A DNA stretch of 39,764 bases from Thermoplasmata archaeon (GTDB taxonomy: Archaea; Thermoplasmatota; Thermoplasmata; RBG-16-68-12; JAJISG01), in assembly GCA_046759865.1 (NCBI GenBank), contig JBHIDB010000003.1, positions 1 through 39,764 on the forward strand, read 5' to 3'. Made by a program: the position numbers and the translations under genes. Positions 1-9,758 of this stretch are shown one piece after another (the stretch's first letter is position 1; every line of letters starts with the position of its first letter). The notes beneath the pieces were generated by a model that did no database searches, was not told the origin of the DNA, and saw nothing but the letters and a program-made list of their open reading frames with translations.

Positions 1-745
1 CGTAGGGCTCGGTCGGGGCGAGCTGAGGACCGGTCGGGAGAAAGAGGCCGATGACGGCCGTGGCGAAGACGCTGGAGATGACGAGGGGGATGAAGGACCG
101 GGTGCGGAGTTCGAGGAGGATGAGCTCGAGGGCGAACAGGACGCCCGCGATGGGTGCGTTGAAGGTGGCGGCGATGGCCCCGGCCGCCCCGCATGCCAGG
201 AGGATCTTTCGCGGGGTGTTCGTCAGCCCGAGGGCCTGGGCGAGAGCGGATCCCGATGCCGCGCCGATCTGGACGATGGGACCCTCGCGTCCCGCGGAGG
301 CCCCGCTCCCCACGGTGAGAGCGGAAGCCAGGGATTTCAGCACGATGACTCGGGGTCGCACCCGCCCTTCTTGGGCGAGGTTCGCCTCCATGACCTGCGC
401 CACGCCCGCTCCCCGCACCTCCGGGGCGAGGTAGTGGATGATTAGGCCCACGAGGAGGCCCGCCAAGGGGAGGATGAGGAAGAGGAGGAGCCGCTGAGCC
501 CCCAGCTCCGTGTAGAAGAACGTGGCGTCCAGGTTGAAGATGCTCGGATCCACCCAGGGCTGCCCGAAGAGCATCCCACCATTGTGGAAGACGGAGAGGA
601 AGATCCAGAGGAGGTATCGGAAACCCAATGCCAAGAGGGCGGCGATGACCCCGATGAGGGCAGCGAGGCTGCTCAGCGTGAGGTATTCTCTGACGACCTC
701 CCGGGTAACGTACGGGTGAGGCTTGCCGACATCGTGGATTTCCAT
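1..745 (-). CDS. ClC-family chloride channel/H+ antiporter (3' end runs off the window)
   Basis: Manual translation from ATG at 745 (MEIHDVGKP...). Hydrophobic helices and ClC motifs GAGVAQV, GREGP and FNAPIAG. Confidence 0.9.
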   Translation of the reverse strand, partial: MEIHDVGKPHPYVTREVVREYLTLSSLAALIGVIAALLALGFRYLLWIFLSVFHNGGMLFGQPWVDPSIFNLDATFFYTELGAQRLLLFLILPLAGLLVGLIIHYLAPEVRGAGVAQVMEANLAQEGRVRPRVIVLKSLASALTVGSGASAGREGPIVQIGAASGSALAQALGLTNTPRKILLACGAAGAIAATFNAPIAGVLFALELILLELRTRSFIPLVISSVFATAVIGLFLPTGPQLAPTEPY

Positions 746-784
746 GTTCTACTGGGAGGGGCCATTCCCGCGGGCAGGAAATAC

Positions 785-3700
785 CTACTCGAAGTCGTAG
801 AGGCCGTACTGGCCCTCCCGAGGACCTTCCTCGACTTCCTCCCTGCGTCCCAACTGAGCGAGGATGCTCTTCGCGATGCCGGCGCCAATAGTGGGGATCC
901 GGGCGAGTTCCGTAACCTCCATATTGCGGAGGTCCTCCTTCGTCTTCTTCCCCCGCTCGAATAGAGCCCGGGCCCGGACGCGCCCGACACCCCGCAGGCT
1001 GACGAGGTCCAGGAGCTCCTCCTTGACCCCGTATCCCATGCGTGCCAGGAGTCGGGAGAGGGGGCGGAGGCGCTTCTTGTCGAAGAGGCGTCCCAATTCA
1101 TGCATGGCGTAAAGGAGCCACTCTGCCATCTGAACCATCCGGCGAATGTCGCCGGGGCCCACCCGGAACTTCTTCGTGATGTCATCCTCGGGGACCTCCT
1201 CCATCCAGTCCTCGAGGAGGCTGGCCGTCTTGACTTCGGAGAGGAGAAAGTCCTCGTCCTCGGGCTCCACGAAGTACTCTGACGTGGCCGCCTTCTCCTC
1301 GACCCACTCGTAGTCCTTCCGACCGAGGTACAGCGTAGGCATGTCCGGCGTCGCGGCGACAGCGTGGAGGTAGGCGAAGTTGTCACCCTTTCTCTCCGAC
1401 GTCAGGGCGTCCCGGAGGACCACTGCGGAGAGGGGGTCCACGTAGAGATCCGACGTCCGGCGACCAAACAGAGCCGGCTTCAGCGTCTCCTCCCGACGGA
1501 TCATCCCCTCCTCCTCGAGGAAGCTCAGGACGCGCTCGATTCCATCCTCCATCAGTGCGACGTCTCGTTGGTAGGCGTAGAAGGTCCGCTCCATGAAGCC
1601 GCGAAGTTCCCTCTCGGTCTGGACGTGGCCCGTTGCAATCGCGGCCAACAGGTGCATCCGGAGGGCCGGCTCACTCCCCAGCTTCGACTCGATGGCCTCG
1701 GGGCCAGCCAGGATGTAGTTGTCCATCAACTCCGAGATGTCCTCCTCGTACCGCGCCAGGAGGATGGACTCGCCAAAGTCGTCGTACTGAGGGCGGCCGG
1801 CACGCCCTGCCATCTGCTTGACCTCCAGGATGGGAATGAAGTCGTAGCCGAAATTGGGTTCGTATCTGCGCACGTCCCGGATGATTACGCGGCGGGCGGG
1901 AAGGTTGATTCCAGCGGAATTATGGACTGCAAAGGCGAACGAACAGACGTAGCTCTCATCGCCCACTACGTGAAGGTTGTACAAGTAGCCCTCATAGGGA
2001 ACTTCCCTGACCTGTCGGACAGGGGATCTGAATGAGCCATCCACGAGATTCTTCGTGTTGTACCCCCGATTCCCCTTGAAGAGGGCATGAGGGTCGACCC
2101 CCATTACCTCGGTTAAGAACCGGCGGCCCTGCTCGCCCGAGATGGCAAGAAGATACTGTGGGCGTTTTCCTATCCCGCGTGGCTGGCTTACACGCGTAGA
2201 GGCCATGTAACCAAGCCGCCTGAGTACCCGCCCGAGTTGCTCGGCCAAGCGTGGAGAGACAGTCGTATAACGTGCCTGGGCAAACCGTTCAGGGTTAATC
2301 GTCCCGTCCCCCCGCCACGCCCCTCGAATGAGCCCTGTTAGGACACTGGGGGGTCCGCTGAGCCACTCTTCGGGGAAGTGCTTATTGAGAGCCCCTCGCC
2401 CGAATTCCTTGTCGAGGAACCCCGCAAGGACCCGGGAGCAGCAATAGACCCTCCGGCGATGCCGCGTTTGGTCTTGAACACCTGGCACGCAATTGAATAC
2501 ATCACGCATGTGCTTCGATATGAACTCGGTTAGGTCATCTTCGTATGTGGCGATCCCAAAGCCGACCACACCGTTTCTGCCGGTAAATCCCTCTGCCACG
2601 TAGAGGCCGAAGAACTCGGCTGTGGACTCGTCTAGGTCGATGATCTTTGGAACTGGCCTCGCCAAGCCGGAGGGAACGCCAAACTGGTTCTTCCCAAGAA
2701 CATCCTCCTGGTGAATCTTAACCGTGACAGCGCCTCCGTCTGGGCTGACCGATGGAACCTCGACAGGAGACTGGAGCTCCTCGGCTCGTTCTGACTTAGG
2801 TGCCCAAACCCCGAGATTCCTTGCTTCCACCCACTGAGGCTCGCCTCGGACGAACCAGTGTCTGATCCCGTTCTTTCCGTGATAGCCATGGCGATAGCGG
2901 GTATTCGCCAAAATTCGATGCTCTGGACTCATTAGGACAGGAAGCATGCCGTCAGCCTTCACCTCGATGAGCCCGCCCCTAAACCAACGGCGGGTGGTCC
3001 CCAGGACCTTTCTGAACCGCCCACGATGCGTGAGCACCTCGTCGCCTCTGCGAAGTCCAGCGATCTTTACGGGACCGCGGTTGGTCGTGATCATGGTATC
3101 AGGGTGCAGGCACAGCGTTGGGGTCGCAACGATGGCTCTGAGGTTATGACCGCGAAAGAGGTCTTCGACGACCTTCCGCTGTCGATTGGTTAGCCCGGCA
3201 TGGTGGAACGCGGTACCGGCCTTTATGTCGGCAGCAAGTCGGCCTCCGAGTGAAGTTGGCTCTTCTTGACGACCCTCCATGGATTCCGCTGTTCTCGACA
3301 ATAGTCCAACTTCTTCCGAGGAAAGGTAGGGTTTCGCAGCTGGTCGCAGCTTCCTTGCGAGCGTCTCTGTTGATCTCCGGGTATTGACGAAGACAAGCGC
3401 CTGGCCACCGTCTCGAAGCGTGTCTCGGACCAACGAGGGGATATCCTCGCCCTCTGGGTCAAGCAAACGGTGGGAGAGGTCGGCGAAAGTAATCCCCCCG
3501 TCAAAAAAGACGCCCTCCCTGAGTGGAACGGGCCGCCATTCACTGGTAACGTGGCTTGCCTCCAGCCATCGTGCGAGTTCTGCCGAGTTGGCGATGGTGG
3601 CTGAGAGGGCGATCACCTGTGCGCGGGGGTTCACCTGGCGGAGTTTCGCAAGCGTAACCTCAAGCGTGGGACCGCGGCCAGGGTCGTTGATCAGGTGAAC

Positions 3701-4132
3701 CTCGTCGGCAACCACCACGCTCAGCTGTTTCAGCCAGTGGGTTCGGTGGCGGAGGAGGGAATCGGCCTTTTCGGAGGTCGCGATGATGACGTCGAAGCTG
3801 ACCAGCGTCGGCTCGTCGGAGTCGTAGTCGCCCATGGAGAGGGCGACTTTGATGCCCAGCTCCTCGAAGGGCTTGAGGTCCTTGTACTTCTCGGTAGCCA
3901 AGGCGCGGAGGGGGACGATGTAGAGGGCCTTGCCCCCGTTCAAGACGGACTTAAGGAGGGCGAGGTAGGCCACGAGGCTCTTGCCGCTGGCCGTAGGGAT
4001 GGCCAGGACGAGGTTCTCCCCCGCCAAGGCGGGTCCGATGGCCGCTTCCTGCGGCGGGTAGAGGTCGGTGATGCCCTGGCCTTCGATAATGCGCCGTACA
4101 CCGGGGTCGATCTCGAGCTCCGCGAGGCGCAT
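785..4132 (-). CDS. hel308: Hel308/Hjm DEAD/H helicase precursor containing an intein (about 717 aa after splicing)
   Basis: Start MRLAELE at 4132. Motifs PTASGKS, DEVH, SAT, HHAGL, QMAGRAGRP and C-terminal RVRAR/HhH. Confidence 0.95.
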   Translation of the reverse strand: MRLAELEIDPGVRRIIEGQGITDLYPPQEAAIGPALAGENLVLAIPTASGKSLVAYLALLKSVLNGGKALYIVPLRALATEKYKDLKPFEELGIKVALSMGDYDSDEPTLVSFDVIIATSEKADSLLRHRTHWLKQLSVVVADEVHLINDPGRGPTLEVTLAKLRQVNPRAQVIALSATIANSAELARWLEASHVTSEWRPVPLREGVFFDGGITFADLSHRLLDPEGEDIPSLVRDTLRDGGQALVFVNTRRSTETLARKLRPAAKPYLSSEEVGLLSRTAESMEGRQEEPTSLGGRLAADIKAGTAFHHAGLTNRQRKVVEDLFRGHNLRAIVATPTLCLHPDTMITTNRGPVKIAGLRRGDEVLTHRGRFRKVLGTTRRWFRGGLIEVKADGMLPVLMSPEHRILANTRYRHGYHGKNGIRHWFVRGEPQWVEARNLGVWAPKSERAEELQSPVEVPSVSPDGGAVTVKIHQEDVLGKNQFGVPSGLARPVPKIIDLDESTAEFFGLYVAEGFTGRNGVVGFGIATYEDDLTEFISKHMRDVFNCVPGVQDQTRHRRRVYCCSRVLAGFLDKEFGRGALNKHFPEEWLSGPPSVLTGLIRGAWRGDGTINPERFAQARYTTVSPRLAEQLGRVLRRLGYMASTRVSQPRGIGKRPQYLLAISGEQGRRFLTEVMGVDPHALFKGNRGYNTKNLVDGSFRSPVRQVREVPYEGYLYNLHVVGDESYVCSFAFAVHNSAGINLPARRVIIRDVRRYEPNFGYDFIPILEVKQMAGRAGRPQYDDFGESILLARYEEDISELMDNYILAGPEAIESKLGSEPALRMHLLAAIATGHVQTERELRGFMERTFYAYQRDVALMEDGIERVLSFLEEEGMIRREETLKPALFGRRTSDLYVDPLSAVVLRDALTSERKGDNFAYLHAVAATPDMPTLYLGRKDYEWVEEKAATSEYFVEPEDEDFLLSEVKTASLLEDWMEEVPEDDITKKFRVGPGDIRRMVQMAEWLLYAMHELGRLFDKKRLRPLSRLLARMGYGVKEELLDLVSLRGVGRVRARALFERGKKTKEDLRNMEVTELARIPTIGAGIAKSILAQLGRREEVEEGPREGQYGLYDFE
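1919..3112 (-). mobile_element. Intein with LAGLIDADG homing endonuclease, 398 aa
   Basis: Junctions ATPTL|CLHPDT ... FAVHN|SAGINLP; block B SPEH; endonuclease helices FFGLYVAEG and LIRGAWRGDG; lower GC than host by eye. Confidence 0.95.
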
Positions 4133-4228
4133 CCCGGTATCTATGCGAGGCGTCGGATAAGCTTTCCCGGGTCGAGAACGGGAGGGCCTTGCGACACCCT
4201 TATGGGTGATTGTCTTGTCAAGGCCGCC

Positions 4229-5884
4229 ATGTCCGATGCGGCGTTCGACGAGCTTGCGGAGGAGTTCTTCCAGGCATCCCTCGACCGGTTTCCCCTCCTC
4301 GGAACGGTCCTCGGTCTCCACGAGTACGATGGGCGTCTGTCCGAGAACTCCCGCGCGTTCTACGAGGAGACCATCGAACTCGTTCGGCAGATGCATGATC
4401 GCTTCGAAGCCCTCGACCCCGAAGACCTGACAGGCAGCCGGCGCCTGGACCGAGACGTGGGCCTCTACGTCCTGGAAATGACGGCCTTCGAGTACGAGGA
4501 GGCCCGGTCCTGGGAGGCGAGACCCGATGGGGCGGAGGATCTCGGCGGATCCCTGTTTCCCCTCTTCGCGCGGAGCTTCGCCCCCTTCCCCGATCGGCTC
4601 CAGAGCATGACGTCACGTCTTCAGGCGGGTCCGCGCTTCTTGGAGCAGATTGAGTCCCGCCTCTCCCGTCCCATCAAGCTCTGGACGGAAATGGCCCTCG
4701 AGTCGGCCGAGGGGCTTCCGGCCTTCCTCGAGGCTATCGCCGAACAGGGGAGAAAGGAAGCGACGAAGGACGCTCAGAACGCCTTTCAAGAGGCGAAGAC
4801 CGGGGCGGAGGAAGCCCTCTCGGCCTATCGGGCTTGGCTCGAGGAAGAGGTCCTCCCCCACGCCGGAGAGGATTATGCCCTCGGGGAGGAGAAGTTCGCC
4901 CGGCTCGTGAAGATTCGAGGCCTGGGCTGGGAACCCGCGGACATCCGGGCCCTTGGGGTCCGATACATGAAGGAGGCGAAGGAGGAGCTCGCGGAGGTGG
5001 CTGCGTCCATCGACCCGAAAGCGTCCGTGGAGGAGGTCTCCGAGCGGATCCACGGCGACCACCCGGCCGACTTCGCGGCCGTTCTCGCGGAGGTCCGGAA
5101 GGTCAACGAGGAGGCACGGGCCTTTGTCCGGGACCATCATCTGGCGACGCTCCCCCCCGCTGAACGGCTCCTCGTGGAGGAGACCCCCCTCTTCCTTCGG
5201 CCCATCCTCCCGTTCGCCGCCTACTTCTCGCCGCCCCGGTTCGAGAAGGTGCAGGAGGGCATCTACATCGTGACGCCGCCCTCCGACGGAGAGGACCTCT
5301 TGAAGGAGCACAACTACGCCTCGATCCGGAACACCGCGGTCCACGAGGGGTACCCGGGTCACCACCTCCAACTCTCCGCCGCCAACCTCCATCCCTCGCA
5401 CTTGCGCACGCTCTCCGGTGGAACGGGAGTGGCCGAGATGGTCGAGGGGTGGGCCCACTACTGTGAGGACCTCATGTGGGAGGCCGGCTTCATGGAGGCG
5501 CCGGAGATTCGGTTCGTCCAACTCCAGGACATCATCTGGCGGGCCGCGCGCATCATCATCGATGTGGACCTGCATGCCGATCGGATGAGCTTCGACGAGG
5601 CCGTCCAGATGCTCACGAAGGAGGCCGGGATGGCGGAGCCCTCCGCGGTGGCGGAAGTGAAGCGGTACACCCAGTATCCAACCTACCAGCTCAGCTACCT
5701 CTTTGGGAAGCATCTCATCAAGGAGCTCCGGGAGGAGGTGGAGAAGCGGATGGGAGACAGGTTCTCCCACGCCTTCTTCCACGACGCCATCATCTACGCC
5801 GGTTCGATCCCGATCTTCCTCCTCCGTCGTGCGGTGGAGGACAAACTGGCCGCGCTGGAGGAAGACGTGGAGGACCTTTACTAG
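4229..5884 (+). CDS. DUF885 family putative metallopeptidase
   Basis: ATG at 4229 (MSDAAF). Motifs HEGYPGHHLQ, EGWAHY and RIIIDVDLH. Confidence 0.88.
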   Translation: MSDAAFDELAEEFFQASLDRFPLLGTVLGLHEYDGRLSENSRAFYEETIELVRQMHDRFEALDPEDLTGSRRLDRDVGLYVLEMTAFEYEEARSWEARPDGAEDLGGSLFPLFARSFAPFPDRLQSMTSRLQAGPRFLEQIESRLSRPIKLWTEMALESAEGLPAFLEAIAEQGRKEATKDAQNAFQEAKTGAEEALSAYRAWLEEEVLPHAGEDYALGEEKFARLVKIRGLGWEPADIRALGVRYMKEAKEELAEVAASIDPKASVEEVSERIHGDHPADFAAVLAEVRKVNEEARAFVRDHHLATLPPAERLLVEETPLFLRPILPFAAYFSPPRFEKVQEGIYIVTPPSDGEDLLKEHNYASIRNTAVHEGYPGHHLQLSAANLHPSHLRTLSGGTGVAEMVEGWAHYCEDLMWEAGFMEAPEIRFVQLQDIIWRAARIIIDVDLHADRMSFDEAVQMLTKEAGMAEPSAVAEVKRYTQYPTYQLSYLFGKHLIKELREEVEKRMGDRFSHAFFHDAIIYAGSIPIFLLRRAVEDKLAALEEDVEDLY

Positions 5885-5922
5885 GGAGTCCGCTGGGGCG
5901 GAGAGGATCCGCGTCTGGGCCG

Positions 5923-6666
5923 CTACCCACCTTCAGCGATAGGGCGCTCCCCGTAGGCGTAGAGCTGGAGGTAGGGAACGAGCGAGGCGATGATGCGATT
6001 CTCGGCCTTCCGGAGGTGTTCCTCGAAGGTGGAGCGACTCACGCCGAGGCCCGCCGCAATGTTCTCGGTCTTCGTCTGCCGGGGACTGACGTAGTAGCCG
6101 TGCCGATGTGCTTTCACGACGGCGTCGATCTGCTTCCCCGTCAGGTCCGAGAACAGGCTGTTGACCCAGATGCTGGAGGGGAGGACGGTGAGGGGGAGTT
6201 CCCGCTTCCGAATCAGCTCGGTGGGCCCGCGGTTCTGCATGTCCTGAAAGAGGCTCCTGGTGTGGGCCTCATCGAACCCGATGACGCGAAAATAACCCCA
6301 TCCATCTCGGTAGATCGCCGGGGGTTCCTCGACCATCTCGTGGGCATCCCAGACGTACCACGGGCTGTTTGTGTCGTCGCAGGTGCAGCGGAGCATGAAG
6401 ATCCGTGTGCTCCCCTCCTCCATCCACCTGTCGACCACCCGGCCGAAGCTGCGGATGTCGTCCTCGATGGAAGACAAGACCTCTGGGTCGCGCGTGGGAA
6501 CCTGCAGGAGCTCTCGACCCCAAATACACCACATGGAGATGGGAACGCCCGGGTACTGGCCGGACATGCCGATGAAGGGATAGTCGTACTGCGTGCGGAG
6601 GGAGATCTCCCACAGTCCCATGGAGGGGTCAACGACCTTCCCCCGATATATGAGTACTCCCGCCAT
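5923..6666 (-). CDS. HTH-10 (bacterio-opsin activator-type) transcription regulator
   Basis: C-terminal LTGKQ...GYYVSPR...IAAGLGVSRSTFEEHLRKAE signature. Start could instead be the ATG near 6621. Confidence 0.88.
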   Translation of the reverse strand: MAGVLIYRGKVVDPSMGLWEISLRTQYDYPFIGMSGQYPGVPISMWCIWGRELLQVPTRDPEVLSSIEDDIRSFGRVVDRWMEEGSTRIFMLRCTCDDTNSPWYVWDAHEMVEEPPAIYRDGWGYFRVIGFDEAHTRSLFQDMQNRGPTELIRKRELPLTVLPSSIWVNSLFSDLTGKQIDAVVKAHRHGYYVSPRQTKTENIAAGLGVSRSTFEEHLRKAENRIIASLVPYLQLYAYGERPIAEGG

Positions 6667-6734
6667 ATGACGGCTCTCCTCGCCGGCTCAAGGCAGTTCT
6701 CCCCTCCCACCTTTCTCAGCCTAAGGTGGCAAAG

Positions 6735-6956
6735 ATGTGGTCAGCACTGGTGGAAGAGACGAGGCGAGACGGCAACTCCCGTAGTTCCGAAGACCTCCGA
6801 CGTTTCGTTCGGTGGGAGTACGGGGATACGGATGCGACGTGGCTGATTCAGTCGGCCAAGCGAAGGCGTCAGGTCAGGTCCAAGCCTAGGTTCCTTGCCC
6901 GTCTGCGCGCTTTCGTTGGCGTTCTCCGGCCTCGCGAGACCGGCGAGTCCCTCTAG
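6735..6956 (+). CDS. Small basic hypothetical protein, 73 aa
   Basis: ATG at 6735 preceded by AGGTG SD-like motif; fills the gap divergent from the HTH-10 gene. Confidence 0.5.
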   Translation: MWSALVEETRRDGNSRSSEDLRRFVRWEYGDTDATWLIQSAKRRRQVRSKPRFLARLRAFVGVLRPRETGESL

Positions 6957-7426
6957 AGGCCCCTCCTCTTCAGATATCGAAGGTCTTCCTCGTCGATCCG
7001 GCTGAGGATTCCGTCCGCGAGGGAATCCCTCTTCGAAGGCGAGACTCCAGAGAGGACGAGACGGCCCTCGGTTTCGATTCGCGTCCCGCCCGCGGCCTCG
7101 TGGTAGGCGTTCTCCCAGTACGTGCCCGACCCGAGGAGACCACTGCTTTCCTGAATTTCGATGCGAAGCCGTTCGGGGGGCACCCGATCGTACCTCCAGA
7201 TTGCCTGCCACTCCCCCCGCTTCGAGGTGGCCGTCCGTTCATGGAGGGAGTAGGAGGCGAAGGCCAGGCCGCGGTAACGGACGTCGGGACCCGCCTCCGC
7301 GACTCTGTCCGTCAGGATGGCGGGATGGATTTCCCGGAGTCGAGCTTCCTCCTGATGCCAGGCTAGGAGCTGCCAGAGTCGGTCCCGAGACGTGGGAAAG
7401 ATGGCCTCCGTCTGAATGTCGACCGT
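6953..7426 (-). CDS. SRPBCC/START-like hypothetical protein (ACG start at 7426 proposed; in-frame ATG at 7462)
   Basis: Pattern VDIQTEAIFPTSRDRLW...GGTRIETEG...DEED resembles a helix-grip fold. GGAGG lies 6 nt before the ACG. Confidence 0.6.
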   Translation of the reverse strand, partial: TVDIQTEAIFPTSRDRLWQLLAWHQEEARLREIHPAILTDRVAEAGPDVRYRGLAFASYSLHERTATSKRGEWQAIWRYDRVPPERLRIEIQESSGLLGSGTYWENAYHEAAGGTRIETEGRLVLSGVSPSKRDSLADGILSRIDEEDLRYLKRRGL

Positions 7427-7570
7427 GTTCTGCCTCCCTCCCTGGATGGATGTGGTCCCCATTCAATCCTTTTTCGGTTTCAGCGTCGCTCAGGAAACCG
7501 CCCCGCTTTCCCCGCTTCGACCCCGAGACCAACTTTAATAGCCCGGCCTAGGATAGGCCCGAGGTACGCC

Positions 7571-8164
7571 ATGAAGAGCATCGATGCCCTGGTCCGCAAG
7601 GCCATGGAGTTCAAGGAGAAGGGCCTCAGCGAGAAGGAGATCGGTGACGAGCTGCACCTCTCCCCCGAGACGGTCACGTGGCTGCTCACCCGCGGGGTTC
7701 GCGGCGAGGCCCCGCCCCAAGACATCAAGATTGGTTGGCGCTCCGTGGGCGTGTTCGGCACCCGCGTGGGGTTCGTCGCGGCAGCGATGACGGACGTCAT
7801 CCTCGAGGAGCTCGAGAAGCGGGACATGGAGGCCGATGCCATCCTGGGGATCGCCATCAACGGGATCCCTTACGCCACCCTGGTCTCGGAGGATATGGGC
7901 AAGGAACTCGTGGTCTTTCGACCAAGCGGGGCGCGTCCCGAAGGCGGGGCCTTCAGCTCGAATTACGCGGGGGTGGATGGCAAGAGCGTGGTCATCGTGG
8001 ACGACGTCCTCAGCACAGGCGGGACCATCCGGGGAGCCATCCGGGAAACCCAGGAGGCGGGCGGCCAGGTGGTCCTCACCATGGTATTGGTCAACAAGAC
8101 GGACCAAGACGACGTGGACGGCGTCCCCCTGCGGGCCCTCATCCGGGCCCGGGGCATCGCGTGA
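7571..8164 (+). CDS. gfcR: PyrE-like HTH-PRTase transcriptional regulator (GfcR family)
   Basis: N-terminal HTH (KGLSEKEIGDELHLSPETVTWLL) plus PRPP-binding VIVDDVLSTGGT. Confidence 0.85.
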   Translation: MKSIDALVRKAMEFKEKGLSEKEIGDELHLSPETVTWLLTRGVRGEAPPQDIKIGWRSVGVFGTRVGFVAAAMTDVILEELEKRDMEADAILGIAINGIPYATLVSEDMGKELVVFRPSGARPEGGAFSSNYAGVDGKSVVIVDDVLSTGGTIRGAIRETQEAGGQVVLTMVLVNKTDQDDVDGVPLRALIRARGIA

Positions 8165-8170
8165 TGAGGG

Positions 8171-9757
8171 ATGCACTGGTTCGATGAGCTCTATCCCTCT
8201 ATCGAGGCGTTTCTAGCGGGGAAGGATCGGGTCCTCTGCAACGCCGGCCTCTCCGTCTCAGGCCTCCAGCACGTCGGCCGGCTCCGGGGCGAGATCGTTC
8301 TCAACCACTTCATCGCCACGCGACTCCGCTCCGCCGGGGGGACCGTCACCCAGCATCTGGTCCTATACACGCAGGACCGGTGGAAGGGGAGTCCGGCGCA
8401 GGTGGCCCAATTTTCGGGAGATGAGGGGACGGCGTACGTGGGCTATCGCATGATCGAGGTCCCCGACCCCAAGGGTTGCCACGAGAACTGGGTCGAGCAT
8501 TACTGGGAGGGGTTTGTGGGTCCCATGGAGGCGTTCGCCCCCGGCGTCGAGGCGTCTCAGACCACGGACTTGTACCGTACGGACGCGATGCAGGCCTTGG
8601 TCCGCGAGCTGGCCAACAAGGCGGAGGCACTGCGGGAGATCGTGAACCGCTACCGGCCCCGCAACCCCCACCCCTCCGGATGGATTCCCTTCGAGCCCCT
8701 CTGCTTGACCTGCCGCAAGATTGGAGATTCGCGCGCGTTGGGATTCACCGACGGAGAAGTCGAGTACGAGTGCGAGTGCGGCGGGAGCGGTTCCTCCCCG
8801 CTTGAATTGGGCAAGCTGAACTGGCGCGTTGAGTGGCCGGCCCTATGGTCCCTCCTGGAGGTCTCCGTGGAGCCCTTCGGCAAAGACCACGCGAGCCCCG
8901 GTGGCTCGCGAGAGACCTCGCAGGTCATCGCCGAGACCATTCTGGGGATCGAGGCCCCTTTTGGGATTCCTTACGAGTGGGTCGGCTACGCGGTGGACGG
9001 GGAGGACCAGGGCGACATGGAGAGTTCCGGCTTCGTGGGGTTCGGCCCGACAACGTGGCTCGACCTCGCCGATCCCGAGGTATTGCGTTTCCTGTTCGCC
9101 GCGACGCCGATTCGGAGGAGGCTCGTCTTGGACCTGTCCCAGGTCGATGCCTACCATCAGCGGTACGATCAGGCGGAGTCTGCGCACTATGCGGGGTCGG
9201 AGGAAGCGGCAGGCCGCGCCTACCTCCTTGCGCAGTTGGAGAGCCTGCCTGAGGAGAGGCCGTTTCAACTCCCCTACCGCCACGCCTCGTTGCTCGCCCA
9301 AGTTGCCCCGAGGGATGACCGGTTGGGGTGGTCGTTGGAGCGACTCGAAGGGACCGGATTGCTTGAGAGAGAGCCGACCCGCTGGGAGCAGGACCGCATT
9401 GGAAGGCGTCTGGAGCAGGCCGGGAACTGGGCCCAAACCCTTGCACCGGCGCCCTTGCGCGTCGAGGTCCAACAAGAGCTCCCTAAGGAACAAGCAGCTG
9501 ACCTCTCGACGCCCGAGAAGGAAGCTCTGATGAGGCTTCATGACGCCCTGACTGACGTCCCCTGGCGGGAGGAGGGAATCAAGGAGGCCATGGTCCGCTT
9601 GACCAAGGATGACCTGCCCGTATCGACCCCCCGGTTCTTCGCGGCCCTCTACACCGTCCTCTTAGGGAAGCGCTCCGGACCCCGAGCCGCCCCCCTCTTG
9701 GCGGTGCTGGAACGCGATTTCGTCCTCCGTCGTCTGGAAGAGGCTGGTGGAGGGTAA
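8171..9757 (+). CDS. lysS: Class I lysyl-tRNA synthetase
   Basis: SGLQHVGR (HIGH), two Cys clusters, KLNWRVEW, EPFGKDH, DMESS (KMSKS-like) and GPRAAP. Confidence 0.95.
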   Translation: MHWFDELYPSIEAFLAGKDRVLCNAGLSVSGLQHVGRLRGEIVLNHFIATRLRSAGGTVTQHLVLYTQDRWKGSPAQVAQFSGDEGTAYVGYRMIEVPDPKGCHENWVEHYWEGFVGPMEAFAPGVEASQTTDLYRTDAMQALVRELANKAEALREIVNRYRPRNPHPSGWIPFEPLCLTCRKIGDSRALGFTDGEVEYECECGGSGSSPLELGKLNWRVEWPALWSLLEVSVEPFGKDHASPGGSRETSQVIAETILGIEAPFGIPYEWVGYAVDGEDQGDMESSGFVGFGPTTWLDLADPEVLRFLFAATPIRRRLVLDLSQVDAYHQRYDQAESAHYAGSEEAAGRAYLLAQLESLPEERPFQLPYRHASLLAQVAPRDDRLGWSLERLEGTGLLEREPTRWEQDRIGRRLEQAGNWAQTLAPAPLRVEVQQELPKEQAADLSTPEKEALMRLHDALTDVPWREEGIKEAMVRLTKDDLPVSTPRFFAALYTVLLGKRSGPRAAPLLAVLERDFVLRRLEEAGGG

Positions 9758-9758
9758 C

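Noticed and set aside
3695-4396. Long N-terminal extensions of the hel308 and DUF885 ORFs that overlap each other
   Set aside because: Artifacts of upstream alternative starts; the real starts at 4132 and 4229 leave a normal divergent promoter gap.
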